From positions 39,464,516 to 39,528,515 of the forward strand of contig NC_068994.1 of assembly GCF_001194135.2 (NCBI RefSeq): a stretch of 64,000 nucleotides of DNA. Direction: 5' to 3'. A model generated the notes under the pieces. That model ran no database searches and had not been told where the DNA came from. It saw nothing but the letters and a program-made list of their open reading frames with translations. This document shows, one piece after another, positions 51,045 through 63,515 of this stretch. This stretch comes from Octopus bimaculoides (taxonomy: Eukaryota). A program made the translations under genes and the position numbers. Within the stretch, counting starts at the first letter, position 1. Every line of letters starts with the position of its first letter.

Positions 51045-52539
51045 ATATACAGATACACATATATATGTGTGTGTATAAGTGTATATATATATTTATATAT
51101 AAATGTAGACACACACATATGTATATTGGCATGTATGTAATGGAGTAGAAGAAATTATCAGAAAAAGTAGGTGAGGGAAAAAGATGTATGTATATATTCA
51201 AGAGAATAGCAAACTGTTTGAGACTAAGAATGAAAAACTAGAAAGCATTGAATGAAAGAAAAAGAGAGTTAAAGGGAGAAAAAAGATAGATAAATGGATA
51301 GATATAGTGACAGACAGACAGACAAAGAGAGAGAGAGTAAGAAAGACTACGAGAAATTTATGGTGGAAAGCAAAAGTGTGAAATGGAGACAGAGAATGAG
51401 GGACAAAATGAAATTTACTAAGAGAATAAAAATAAGAAAGACACATGATAAACGAAAAGAGAGAGAAATATTTGTAGGGATAGATAGATATATAGATACA
51501 TAGATATACAGTCAGATACACTGAAGTAGTGTAAATATATAAGAAAGAAGAGGATAAGCATAACAGTATAGAAGTGCAGAATAGAAAACAAGAACCATGA
51601 ATATACATATAGAAAGTAATGGTTATTGCCATCTAATAGAGTGAACGAACTGCAACCATTATCATATATTATCCTACAATAGTCATGAAACTAAATGTAT
51701 TAAATAATGTTGCATATTAAAAAGATATGACACAGCAGCATAACACACAATAAATTTGTAAAGGTTGAATTCACTTTAAATAGACAGTTTATGCCAAGAC
51801 TTCTATAACGGCTGAAGTTCAGACTATTAATGTAACTGAATAAAAGCAAGGACTATATTGCAGCATTCAGTGTCTTAGTTATAACCTAAACACAGATGAA
51901 TCAGTCAACAATACTGGCTATTATTAAATGTCATCATTACTTCCTTGTCCATTAAGTAAAGTCTGATAGAACTAAAGATTTAAAGAAACGGTAAGAGCTA
52001 AGAAGTGAATGAAATATTATTGCCTCCACAACAAGTCAGACATCTAAAAGAGCAAAACTAACGTGCTTAACTGCAATGATGATACAGAAAAATCTAAATT
52101 GAATATAATATCAGTGGGTGGTTGCAACTTAATTGCCTAATATTCTTCATTATAAAAAAAAGCCCCAAACTTCTGAAAAATTTTAGGAATCTTAAAAAAA
52201 AATCTAAAAGCACACAGAGGCATTTTTCTTTTAACTTTTTTTTTTTTGTCTACTGATAGGAATCATATTCATGGATTCTGTAAGGTCTCCTCCAGAGCAG
52301 GTGAGATTATTACAGTTAAAGCTCCTCTTAAACACCTGCAGCAAGTCAACAGCTGTAGAGAGAAAAATCCTAATGGTTCACTTTCTGGGGAGAAGGGCTG
52401 AATTACTGCTAAGTGTAGGTCTTGAGAAAGGACAGAATTACAACACAGTAATGAGAGGAGAAAAGATGAGTGAGTTGGGTAGGCCTTAGTAGAGGTGACA
52501 TGAGCTCAACTATCTCTGAGAAGCAGTTGCCTCTGTACA

Positions 52540-52596
52540 AGAGGTGGTGGTGGTGGTGGTGGTGGTGGCGGCTGCGGCGGCGGTGGTGGTCTTGGC

Positions 52597-52637
<41 letters not shown>

Positions 52638-52660
52638 CAGCAGCAGCAGCAGTAGCAGCA
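52540..52660. repeat. Compound (GGT)n(GGC)n(GTA)n(GCA)n microsatellite
   Basis: Read directly from the sequence. Confidence 0.95.
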
Positions 52661-52764
52661 GAAATGAACCACAGTTTGGAGTGTATTTTCATTCATGTTT
52701 AAGTTAAGGCCATATCTTTCAATTTATCATAAAGTTTGCCTGATAAATTGCATAAATTTAAATT

Positions 52765-52920
52765 GTAAAATGGATGGCAAACAGGCATAGTTGCTAGAGT
52801 CTAGAACAAAATGTCTTGAAGTATTTGTCCCAATCCTCTGCACTCTGAGTTCAAATACCAGCAAGGTAAACTTTGTCTTTCATTCTTTTGAAGTACATAA
52901 AATAAAGTACCAGTCCCAAG
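52765..52920 (+). mobile_element. SINE family A fragment
   Basis: ctctgagttcaaatacc...ctttgtctttcattcttttg...aaaataaagtaccag. Confidence 0.6.
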
Positions 52921-53109
52921 TGAAAAAAAAAAAATAGAATTGCTTGTGTATCAGAAGTGCCAACATGCAATATTTCTTCTAACTCCTCACATTCTGAATT
53001 CTTGGGTGGTAGACCTTAATTTGTCACCTGGCTTAATATCACCATCTGGGTTTCAGGTAATTCTATTAGAGTTCACTGTGCTGCAAGCATTTGGGCCATA
53101 ATCTTACAC

Positions 53110-53680
53110 ATTTTACTTTTACTTGTTTCACTCAATGAACTAAGACCATGTTGGAGCACCACCTCAAAGGGCTTTAGTTGAATAAATCTGTTCCAGTACC
53201 TGCTTTTCTTTCAAGTCTCATATTTATCCTATTGGTCTGCTTTACCAAAGTATTAAGTTATGGGGATGTAAATAAACCAACACCTGTTGTCCAATGGTGG
53301 TGGTGGTGGTGTAACAAGCACAGGTATAAATTCACACATAGATACACATATATACATCATTCTTCCATGTGACTGACTTGAAAAATTGCTAAAATATTAA
53401 GACATTCTTCTTAACATGAAACCAATGGTAGCCTTAATACACAAATAAATTTTATCTACAAATGTGCTGCTGAGCACTCATTCTCATTGTTTGACATTTA
53501 TGTATATATGTATATGCTGGGCTTCAACATAATTTCCATCTACCAAATTCACTCACAAGGCATTGGTTAGTCTTGTACCTTACTCAAGACACTTGTCCAA
53601 GATGCTATTCAGTGGGACTGAAACCAAAACTATGTGGTTGCAATGTGAGCCTCTTAACCACACATTCATAGTTGCACCAT
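53110..53680 (-). mobile_element. SINE family B, degenerate, head and tail separated by about 150 bp
   Basis: Tail at 53110-53350 and head at 53510-53680 (ccaaattcactcacaaggc...cagtgggactgaaacc). Confidence 0.65.
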
Positions 53681-56600
53681 GCTTCTGGTTTAAGGATAAC
53701 TTCTTCCCTTCCTTCCACCAGCTTTAAAATCCCCGGAAACAAGGTCATGGAGGTTGCCTTTCCCTCTCTGACTATGAGGTAAAAAAGGAATAAGTTGAAT
53801 AGCTCATATTTCAAAATGATAAAACAGGTGCACATAATCACAAAATGTTATTCCTAGACAAAGAAGAATAGGCAAATTATTAAAAAGAATAGATTATGGT
53901 CCAAGTATTCTAACTTATTCATAAGAAAAATAAACCCAAGTTGAATTCATTAATTCAATATCCCTTTAACCACAAGTGAATTCTTTAACAATGAAAATTA
54001 TTGAAGAAATGTTTGAAACAAATTCCTGCTACCAACAACTTTGGAAAATGTAATTCATAAAACCGTGTGCTTACTGCACTTGGTAACTTCTCTGATTCTC
54101 ATCTCTTGACTAAAATAAATGTAATTTGAAATTAAAAAACATGTAATACTTCTTGAAAAAAAATTAAGTAGCTCTTTCTTTGCCATCTTAGGATTCTTTT
54201 TCGGAATTAAAATTGGCAACTTTTGTTTTGCCTGCAAAAGAAGAGCTCATGAGATTTTTCTTGAATGCCAATATCTAAAAACAAATATTCCTTGGGTAAT
54301 ACAGAGAGAAGGTTTAATGAATTAAGTTATTGTCATAAGTTGGATGAGAAATTAATGAGAACTGCATCAAGACAAAGAAGAACAATTTGTCAAATACTTT
54401 AATTTGAAATGACAGCATAGTGAATTGTCTAATAAAAAATTATTTGCATCAACTTTTTAGGCAAATTTATGATTGAGATGTGTATTTCTGTATTTGTATA
54501 TATGTATTCATACAAGCATATATATAAATACTTACATGTATATAGACCAGAATTTGTTGTATTAGAATCAGCTCTGCAACATTCAAAATTACAAGTGGCT
54601 CTAAGTATATCAGTAGAAATTTCAGATAGTTGATGAGAATGATTTTGCTGCTTTTGATTTTCAGTATTAAATTTTGGAGTAGTTCTAGTAAAAATCTCTG
54701 ATATGCATGATGCAAGCATGATATAAAAAGAACATATTGCTTCATTTCTCATAAACCAGCATGTTCTAACTGAGAATATCAATGGTATTTAATAGAACTG
54801 ATCTGATGAAGTTCAAAAGGCTATTTCTTCAATTATATCTGCAAGTTGATTAGTTTCTCTATACTATACACAACTGTAAATCCTAATATAAAGGAAAGAA
54901 ATATGAGAATATGAAGCCTTACAGCTGTTGATTGGAAGCTGAAACTCTTAAACTATAATCAATTTAAAACAAACGTTTATTAATCGTGAAAAGCTTAAAC
55001 TAAAATAAGCCCATAGGGAAAATAATCACTCTTGATTTATATAGCAGATATTTGTGTCTAATTGCAGCAACATACTATTATAAGATAAAAAAAAAAAAAA
55101 ACAGAACCATAGCCTGTGTTGGCTAAAATATGACAAAAATGCTGTGGTTACAAAGAAAATAAATATGAATGACAACATGCAGTGCAAAAGATTAGCTCTT
55201 CAGTAAAGGCAAGGAAAATAAAGGAGACAATGCAATCAGGAAAAAGGAGAATCAATATTGGATACTGGTTTCTCTGAGCTATGAGACTTTTCTTAGATAA
55301 AATTCACAGAAAAAATACAATAGCTAAGTTATAAATATTGCCATATTTTTCATGAAAATAAGGACAGTTCAATGATGCTAATGCTGTTGATAATGAAAAT
55401 GGTATTGAAAATCTTTAAGTCTGTATCCAATTTATTATTAGCCAAAAATTAATAGATGTTTATCTTCTTTATCTAATCTATCAACCATTCATATTCTTTT
55501 TAAAATCTTTAATTCTAGAAACAGAATAAATGAATAAGGCTATAATTAGAGCTCTGATTTGGCTTATCTTTTCATTGCTATATATTTAGAACTTCTAGAT
55601 ATGACATTTCTTTTTCCAATTTAGAAATGTTTTAGATGTATTTTTTAATGAGGGATGCTTAGAACCAGTGCCAGACTTAAGCATAAGCTAAGCAGGCTAC
55701 ATCTTAAAACCTCACAATTTGCCAGAGACTTAAAATAGTTACAAATCAAAGATGTTTTCAATTTTTGTGAAACCTTCTGATGTGATTTTTAATAAGAGGT
55801 TTCTAAGGTTAACATAGATTTGGACCCCACCAGGTCTAAATCCAACACTATTTACAATATATCTGAATGGCATTACATTTTTTTTTTATTTTGCTAGCTT
55901 CAGTTATTAGACTACAGCCATGTTGGAGTGTTGCTTCTAAGTGCTTTAGTTAAGAATACTTACACTGGAACTAATTTCAGTCTGGTGTTTATTTCATTGT
56001 TCTATGTTTCAGTTGACAATTAAGTAGGAACTTTTACACAATTAAGCATAAATACAGATACAGAAGTAAACACATATGTTTGAACATGCACACACACAAA
56101 TTAAATGACCAGCATCTACACATTATTGTTCAACAAATACCCATTCACAAGATAGTGGCCAACCCAACACTACAGAAGAAGACAGTTATTCCAAGGTACC
56201 ATAAAGTAGAATTGAACCTGGAATCATGCAGTTGAAAAGCCCACATCTTTGCCATAGAGTTAGTTATATATGCATCTCTATAGGTAGCTTCATTTTTAGT
56301 TTATTGAAGGCCAAAAGTTTAGATGCTGGGTTCACAATCCACTTTCCCCAAACTGGCAAAGTTAATAACAGTTATGACTTTCAAGTTTATTGCTTCATTT
56401 GAATAAGCATTCATTCCCACATCAGCCATAAATTACCCTAATTTGATGTTTCCTGGATGTCAAGAGTCTCTCAACTTTCTAACATGGTTATCAATCAACC
56501 ACTTCTTCATTGCTACTTATATATGCATTTTTTCCCTCAATAAGTCATATTTACTTCTTTAAACTGGTTCCTCATTCAATTACTCTTATTTCTCACTGAA

Positions 56601-57834
56601 TACAAACTAGCTTCTCTCATTATAGCCATGAACAATGATAATATTTTATTAATAATATTTCTATAATATTAATGACTTCGCCTAGATACTGTCTTTTTTT
56701 GCACACAGCACAATAGTTCTTTGACAAATAAGTCCCGTGTGATCTGGGCTTGTAATTATTTCCCTATATCTAACACTTATGTAGCCTTAAAAAATATTAC
56801 ATTTCTTTTTTCTAAAGTACTAATTCGAATTTCATGGAAAAATCATTTCAGTGATGTACAGTATAAGGAACTTAGCAACTGATAGACATCTAGGAACAAC
56901 TTCTCTATATTTTTTCATAAACATTTCATATTTTGTAAACTGTTTGTGCTGTCAAATTCTCAGATGTAAATTCTCATATTTCAACTTACATTGTGTTTAT
57001 TTTATGTATTTTGAATGAGATTCTGCAGTAAACTTAATTTCTAAACAGTATCGTATTAAAATCTTACCATTCTGTTTAAGTCATTTAAAAAAAATTTACA
57101 ACAAAAATTCTGAGTAAACTGTTTTATTTTCAAATAAAGAAAGAATATAAAACCTTGACTACATATTAAGGTCTTGTTTTACTGATTAATTCAGTGCTTC
57201 ATAGTGAAATATTTAATAAAAGTAAAATATTAAGCCAAATAAACAAAACGAATGTTCTGATTTTAAGCTTATTAAGTCAGAGGAACCTGTGCAATCTTAA
57301 CTTATTAATTCTTTATAATTAATAGGATTTATAAATTTATGAAAGAAATAAGCATTCTAATTCAGCAACATTGTGCAACAGAAAAATTTAAAATTCTTTG
57401 CTTTAGAAAATTATATTAGAAGAAAATATGAAATATCACCCATTCCACATTGTAAGCAAGCACACATACACACATAAAAAAAACAACAATATTTTATCAC
57501 AATATATAGATATCTATATTTGTTTGAAATGTTAAATTTTTTTTTTACAAGCTTTTGGTCATTTCTTCAGCTTCCTATATTGAAGATTAGGATAGAGTAT
57601 TCCAAACTAGAACTTTCCTCTGTCAAACTTATCATATATCGTTATCACATCTGTATTGTATCTACCTTCACTCGGTGCCTTAATTTCCATCTGCTTTCTT
57701 AACTTGTCTGAATATAAATGTTCTTGAGTAAGATAAACACAATCTTTTGATGTTAAATCTATTGTCTACTATACTAGTGCCTGCAGACATCTCTTCACTG
57801 ACATTTGTCGTATCAGATTTACACTATACATTAT

Positions 57835-58080
57835 CTTTTATCTTTTACTTGTTTCAGTCATTAGACTGTGGCCATGCTGGGGCACTACCTTGAAGAATTT
57901 TTAGTCAAATGAATTGATCCCAGGAATTATATTTTTATAATGCCTGGTACTTATTCCATTGATCTCATTTGCCAAGCTGTTAAGTTACAGGAATGTAAAC
58001 ACACCAACACGATTTGTCAAGTGGTGGGAGAGGGGGACAAACACAGAGACACACACATAGATATATATCTATATACATAG

Positions 58081-58090
<10 letters not shown>
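57835..58090 (-). mobile_element. SINE family B tail
   Basis: tcttttacttgtttcagtcattagactgtggccatgctggggcac...ggggacaaacacagagacac. Confidence 0.8.
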
Positions 58091-58124
<34 letters not shown>

Positions 58125-58640
58125 TGCATAGTATATGTGTGTGTGTATGTAAAAGGGAATCATGTGAATGCTTGTGTGTGTGTGTGTGTGTGTGTGCAAT
58201 GGACGTGGGTTTGTGAACATTCAACGCTAAAAAGAAAAATCAAATAGCATTTCAACTTTGTGTGAGTATATGTGTGCATGTGTGTTCAAGGGGAGTATGT
58301 GAATGTTTGTATCTGATTATTAGGTACCTTATTTTATACCTTATTTATATATAAATTACTACAATTAGCCATCATTTTTGATGGCACGAGGCCAGCTAGT
58401 CTATGATAATTATGAACTCACTATAGCCTTGTGATTGAATTTGGTAAATGGAAAGCAGATAAATGCCATTATATGTATGTGTGTATGAATGTATATATGT
58501 GTATGAATATATATCTATATATATATATATATATATAGATATGCAGGGCAGGGAATCATCAATTAGTAATAAAATTAATAATTAACAATTTCTGCCGGGT
58601 AGCTCAGTATGAAAAAAACCTTCTTCGGTAAATAATAATT

Positions 58641-58721
58641 TATAATCATAAATATATAGGGATTGACAGTAACCTGCTTCTCCAACAGGTTACTGTCAAT
58701 CCCTATATATTTATGATTATA
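58641..58721. repeat. Perfect 36-bp inverted repeat with a 9-nt loop
   Basis: tataatcataaatatatagggattgacagtaacctg (58641-58676), loop cttctccaa, exact reverse complement at 58686-58721. Confidence 0.95.
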
Positions 58722-58775
58722 TATATATATATATAGAAGTGCTGATCTCTAACCGTACAGGTAACCCGTTGAAGA

Positions 58776-59410
58776 GGTAGACCCATGAAGACATGGGATG
58801 AAGTGGTGAAGCATGATCTTTGAACATTGGGCCTCATGGAAGCATTGACCGAGACCTTTGGCAATATACAGCACTTGAGAAGGCCCGTCAAGCTAAATGC
58901 AATGATAGTCATGGCCAATGTCAGTGTCACATAATTGGCACTGATGCCAGTGGCATGTAAAAAGCACCTTTCAAGCATTGGGGCTCACAGAGGCAATGTG
59001 ATTGATGCTGGTGTTGCATAGCTGGCACCTGTGCTGGTGACACATAAAAAGCACTTTTGAGTGTTGGGCTTCACAGAAGTATCTGGCACTCATGTCTAAT
59101 GCCAGTGTTACATAACTGGTACCTGTGCTAGTGGCATGTAAAAAGAGTCATTCAAGCATTGGGCTTCATCAAGCCTAGTGAAATCCTAGTCATAACTGAT
59201 AATGGTTTCATGCAGCTGTCACCCATGCTGGTGGCATGTAAAAGCACCCATCACGCTCTCAGAGTGGTTGGCATCAGGAAGAGCAACTAGCCATAGAAAC
59301 CATGCCAAATCAGACCAGAGTATGGTGCAGCTCCTCAACTTACCAGCTATGGTCAAACCATCCAACCCATGCCAGCATAGACTATGGATGTTAAATGGTG
59401 ATGATGATAT
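58776..59410 (+). mobile_element. RTE-like LINE 3' end: ORF terminus, repeat-containing 3' UTR, (GAT)n tail
   Basis: RGRPMKTWDEVVKHDL*TLGLMEALT..DLWQY matches the RTE C-terminal GRP(R/K)xTW motif. The UTR has four 87-100-bp units and ends ttaaatggtgatgatgat. Confidence 0.85.
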
Positions 59411-59499
59411 AACCTTGTAAAAGAGATGACAGAGGTGTGAGATATCTGGTTCATTGTTATACTCAAGAAGACCCACTTACCACAATAGAACTGAAGTCC

Positions 59500-59726
59500 T
59501 AAAACCAAGGTGCCACATAAAATGCCTTGGTGATGGTGCTGGTGCCAGATAAAAACCACCCAGTACAATCTGTGGAGTGTTTGGTATTAGGAAGAGCATC
59601 CAGCTGTAGAAACAAAATAGACAATAGAACCTGGAGTAGCCTCTGGCCTTTCCATTTCTTGTCAAGCTGACCAGACCATGCCAACATGGAAAATGGACAT
59701 TAATTGTTTATGATGATGATGATGAT
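59500..59726 (+). mobile_element. Second RTE-like 3' UTR fragment with (GAT)n tail
   Basis: ttaggaagagcatccagctgtagaaac...ccatgccaacatggaaaatggacattaa...(tga)n parallels 59250-59410. Confidence 0.75.
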
Positions 59727-59819
59727 ATATGTATGTATATTAATGTATATGCATGTATATATATTAATATATATACATATAGATACTGTATATACATTAA
59801 TATGGATGTATATATATAT

Positions 59820-60128
59820 TTGTTTTGCAAGATTTTTGATGTGAAATCGTGTGTTGAAACAGATGTTGTTGTACTTGGGGATGGTCATATTGCCAGTTTA
59901 GCCAATAAAAACATACGCACTCTATATTTGTCTCACCTTGCTACACATAAGAAGGAAGGAAACAAAGGACCACTGATGAGGTCACAGAAGTGTGACGAAA
60001 GAACTCTGGCTGAAATAAGATTAAGATTAATGTAATATAAAGCTGAAGCAAGTTAACACCAAATATACAGTGCGTGTGTTTTTATTGGCTAAACTGGCAA
60101 TATGACCATCCCCAAGTACAACAACGAT
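59820..60128. mobile_element. Fold-back element resembling an inverted Penelope-like pseudo-LTR
   Basis: Arms 59865-59930 and 60060-60125 are reverse-complementary at 64/66. The 129-nt spacer contains a hammerhead-like motif. The Penelope assignment is inference. Confidence 0.6.
59970..60009 (+). ncRNA. Minimal type I hammerhead ribozyme-like motif
   Basis: cca CUGAUGA G [GUCAC agaagu GUGAC] GAAA GAAC UC ugg. It has an intact core, a 5-bp stem II, a very short stem III (A-U, G-C), a CUC cleavage triplet, and a 3-bp stem I (cca/ugg). Confidence 0.65.
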
Positions 60129-60689
60129 GTATATATATTTATATATATACATATAGATACTGTATATATATTAATATGCATGTGTATATATTTATATATA
60201 TACATATAGATACTGTATAAAGAAATGCTATTCAAGGAGAAACTACTTCTAGCCACTTTTGATATGTATTCTCAGCATCACATTTTTCAGTTGCAGCTTA
60301 AGCCAGAGTTTTAGTGATAAACCAAACTGAGCATTCATAGTACATACCTATCACATTATATTTGTTGATAAAAACTCCTTGGATATTCTCTCTCTATATA
60401 TATGTATATATGTTTATACATATATGCATATGTGTGTGTGTTTCAATCATAGCAACAGGTGTTAGTTTGTCTATGTTCTCATAATTTAGTAGTTTGGCAC
60501 ACAAGAAATGATGGAAACCAATAAAGGTAGAAAAGTATTAAAGACTACTTCATTCTTCTTAACAATAAATTTTATATTCAAAATTTTGCTATTTTCTTTT
60601 CAGAAATATCTAATGAATGTGACTTTGATAATTGAGTATCCCAGAGTAACCAGCAGAGTAGAGAAAGAAACGTTGTGGGGGATGTGAAA

Positions 60690-60905
60690 AGGAGCTGATT
60701 AGTGATACTCTATTTTAGACAGATTGTGATGGTTGTAATAGCATTAGTTGCCCTCAGAAGATATATGTTAATCAGCTGAAAGATGATAGTGGATGTCATT
60801 GAGAAGAATTGTCACATGCTATGGAAGATGGAGATGGAGTGGAGGATCAGGACCATGTAAATTTGAGTGATGATGATGATGATGATGACGATGACGATGA
60901 TGACA
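60690..60905 (+). mobile_element. Old RTE-like LINE 3' end with (GAT)n tail
   Basis: PQKIYVNQLKDDSGCH*EELSHAMEDGDG resembles the RTE terminal P..TYIDQL.ED.G...DL..AM.DR..W, followed by (GAT)n. Confidence 0.45.
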
Positions 60906-63289
60906 ACAATGACAAGAATGATGCTGACAACTGTTACGAAACAGAAACAATTAAATTTTTCCCTCACATCAATGATAAGATTTTAGTCATAGACATAAGT
61001 CATCCAATATTGATAGTTTGTTTCTTAAATCGTTAAATTGCTTTAAGAGAAAATTCTATCAGAAACAAATTGATTTTTCAGCAGAAATGTATAAACTAAG
61101 TAATAATAACTTTTTCACTACAACCTCCAAAACTCTTCAACAATCTCAATGCCATGTTATTTTTATTTTAATTGTTTGTTTCTCAAATTACAGTTTTTGT
61201 TGATTATTCAATAATTTATATTACATAATTCTCATCTTCAACATTAATACCTACTGATTAAACAACTTTTATGAATAGATATAATTAGAGAATTCAGTAT
61301 CTGTATGCTGGAGTATAATTTTGGATATTGATATGATATCATTAATTTTATATCTGTTAGTGAATACATATTTATAATGATAAGTTATGGCTGTTTGCAC
61401 TTTTCCAAATGCAATTGTTGGTCATGTAACTGTCTTTGTTCATGAGACGTCATTAATTTTAATTTATAATATTCTCTCTACTTAGATGTTATTTTGAAAC
61501 AAAATCTGTTCAATTCCATTCCTTACATAAAGTCAATTCAATCTGTATGTAGTTGCTAAGCATTTATTTTACTAATTAAACAAAAAAAGAAGAAAAGGAT
61601 AAGAAAAGAAAAACAGAAATAAAAAAGAAAGAAAACTATTTCATCTGTAAAATTACATGAATTGTTGAAGCCTTTGTAGCTAAACAACATTACAGTAAGC
61701 AAACTTTCCATGGTACATTGTTCAGCTAAGTTGCCTGAGGGAAGAAACAGTAATCTATTTAGCCTAAGGCTATAAAGCAATGCTTGTAGCAATATGTGCC
61801 TATGACTTGTGGACAAGCATTCTAGTACTTTAAATAGCAAAAATATCAATGAAAAGATTTCTTTTGCAATTGAGCAACTATAGTAGAAAGCATAGTCTAC
61901 ATTTTGTTGATGGCTATAGCTGCAACTTGGATTTGTTTACCACATATATGCAAGCATCTCATACATGTATTGCAAAGTGAAAAAAGAAAAAAAGTAAAAA
62001 AAGGAGCTACATTCAAATAGAATGATGTGAAAAATCAAGTAAAAAGGCTTAGTTTGCATACAGAAATTTGTGACAGAGCAATTTATATATTATATATATT
62101 TCAGACAAAATGATAGAAGGTTTAATTCACAAATGTCAAATAAGTTATGATAAGCAGCGTAGTTAAAAAAAGGCATTGTTAAATTTATTCTTTACCAAGT
62201 TGAGATGAGTTATTATATATTAATGGCACAGCAAGATTGCATTTCAGTTTTATGTATTACTTATTCTAAATATGCTGAGAATATGCTTAGTAGTCGAGAA
62301 AACTGCATGCAATACATCTTTTTTTGTTCCATACATGTTAATTTTTGCAGTTTTAAATTACTTGCAGTTAAGCATGCAATAAAATTTAAATATAACGGCT
62401 TTATATTTATCCTGCCTATAGTAATATAGGGCTCAGTGACATTTCAATATGTTTGTTAAAATAGGAGGGTGTTGCCAGAAAATGTGAATGTGCTATGATA
62501 AAGGAGTTTGTTTATATTTATAAACAATCCTCTGAAAACATTTTAAATATTAATATTTGGTCACATTTATAAATGATCCATTCAAAACACACTTTAATAT
62601 TAATATACAAACAACTATGTTTTTAATGTTTTTTTAATCCTTAGACTTGCAGCATAAATGCAAATTTTAATAGCATTATGGTGTGTGTGTTTGCACGAGA
62701 GAAAGCGAGAGGGAATGACTGGAAATGAGACAAAGGAAAAAGATAAAAATAGAGGAGAAAAAAAGGGAGTGAGAATGCAAGAGAGTATAAATTATCCTTG
62801 ATTTTTAGGTGTTGGGCACTTTTTTACTTTCCTACAAATATTCCAGTTTAAAATAGCATTTAAAAATTGCACCCTATACACAATTTCTTCTTCAGAAATT
62901 TGCAAAATATTTTTCTAATCTGGAAATGTCTATAATATTTAAAATAGTACCTAATCTCTATGATGCCATATTTTCAGAATATGGAGAAAGAAAGTGCACT
63001 ATTGCTTCAGTAAAAAATTTATTAATTTTTAAGCAGCAGGAAAAGAATTTTGCATCACTAATTGAATATTTATTTTCCTTCTTCAAGAAAATTTTCACAA
63101 TAACAAGAATTCATCATCATTATCATTCATCATCATCATCATCAGCAGCAGCAGCAGCAGCAGTAAGCAGTTGAAGCAATATGTTACTATCTCCTTACCT
63201 CTTCCTCTCCTTCCTCACACAAATTGTAGACTACCCTTCATAAGCTACCCCAGTGGCAAATAAAAGACATCAATATTATTACTGATTTT

Positions 63290-63515
63290 AGGGCTGTGAG
63301 CTAGCGGAATTGTTAGCACACCTAGCAAAATGCTTGGCAGTATTTTGTCTGTATTTGCATTTAGAGTTCAAGTTCCACCAACATCAACTTTGCTCTTCAT
63401 CCTTTCAGGGTCAATAAAATAAGTATCAGTTGAACACTGGGCTCAGTCTAATTGACTTAGCCCCACCCCAAAATTTCTGGCCTTGTGCCAAAATTTGAAT
63501 CCAATTTATTACTAT
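63290..63515 (+). mobile_element. SINE family A
   Basis: ggctgtgagctagcggaattgttagc head, gagttcaagttcc, catcctttcagggtcaataaaataagtatcag core, ggccttgtgccaaaatttgaa tail. Confidence 0.85.

Noticed and set aside
52271-52489. 72-aa ORF in GC-richer sequence
   Set aside because: No recognisable domain or splice context. Probably a decayed retroelement that I could not classify.
55666-55850. Possible MITE with TIRs cagtgccagacttaag / tctaaatccaacacta
   Set aside because: Only 9/16 matches between the putative TIRs and no clear TSD.
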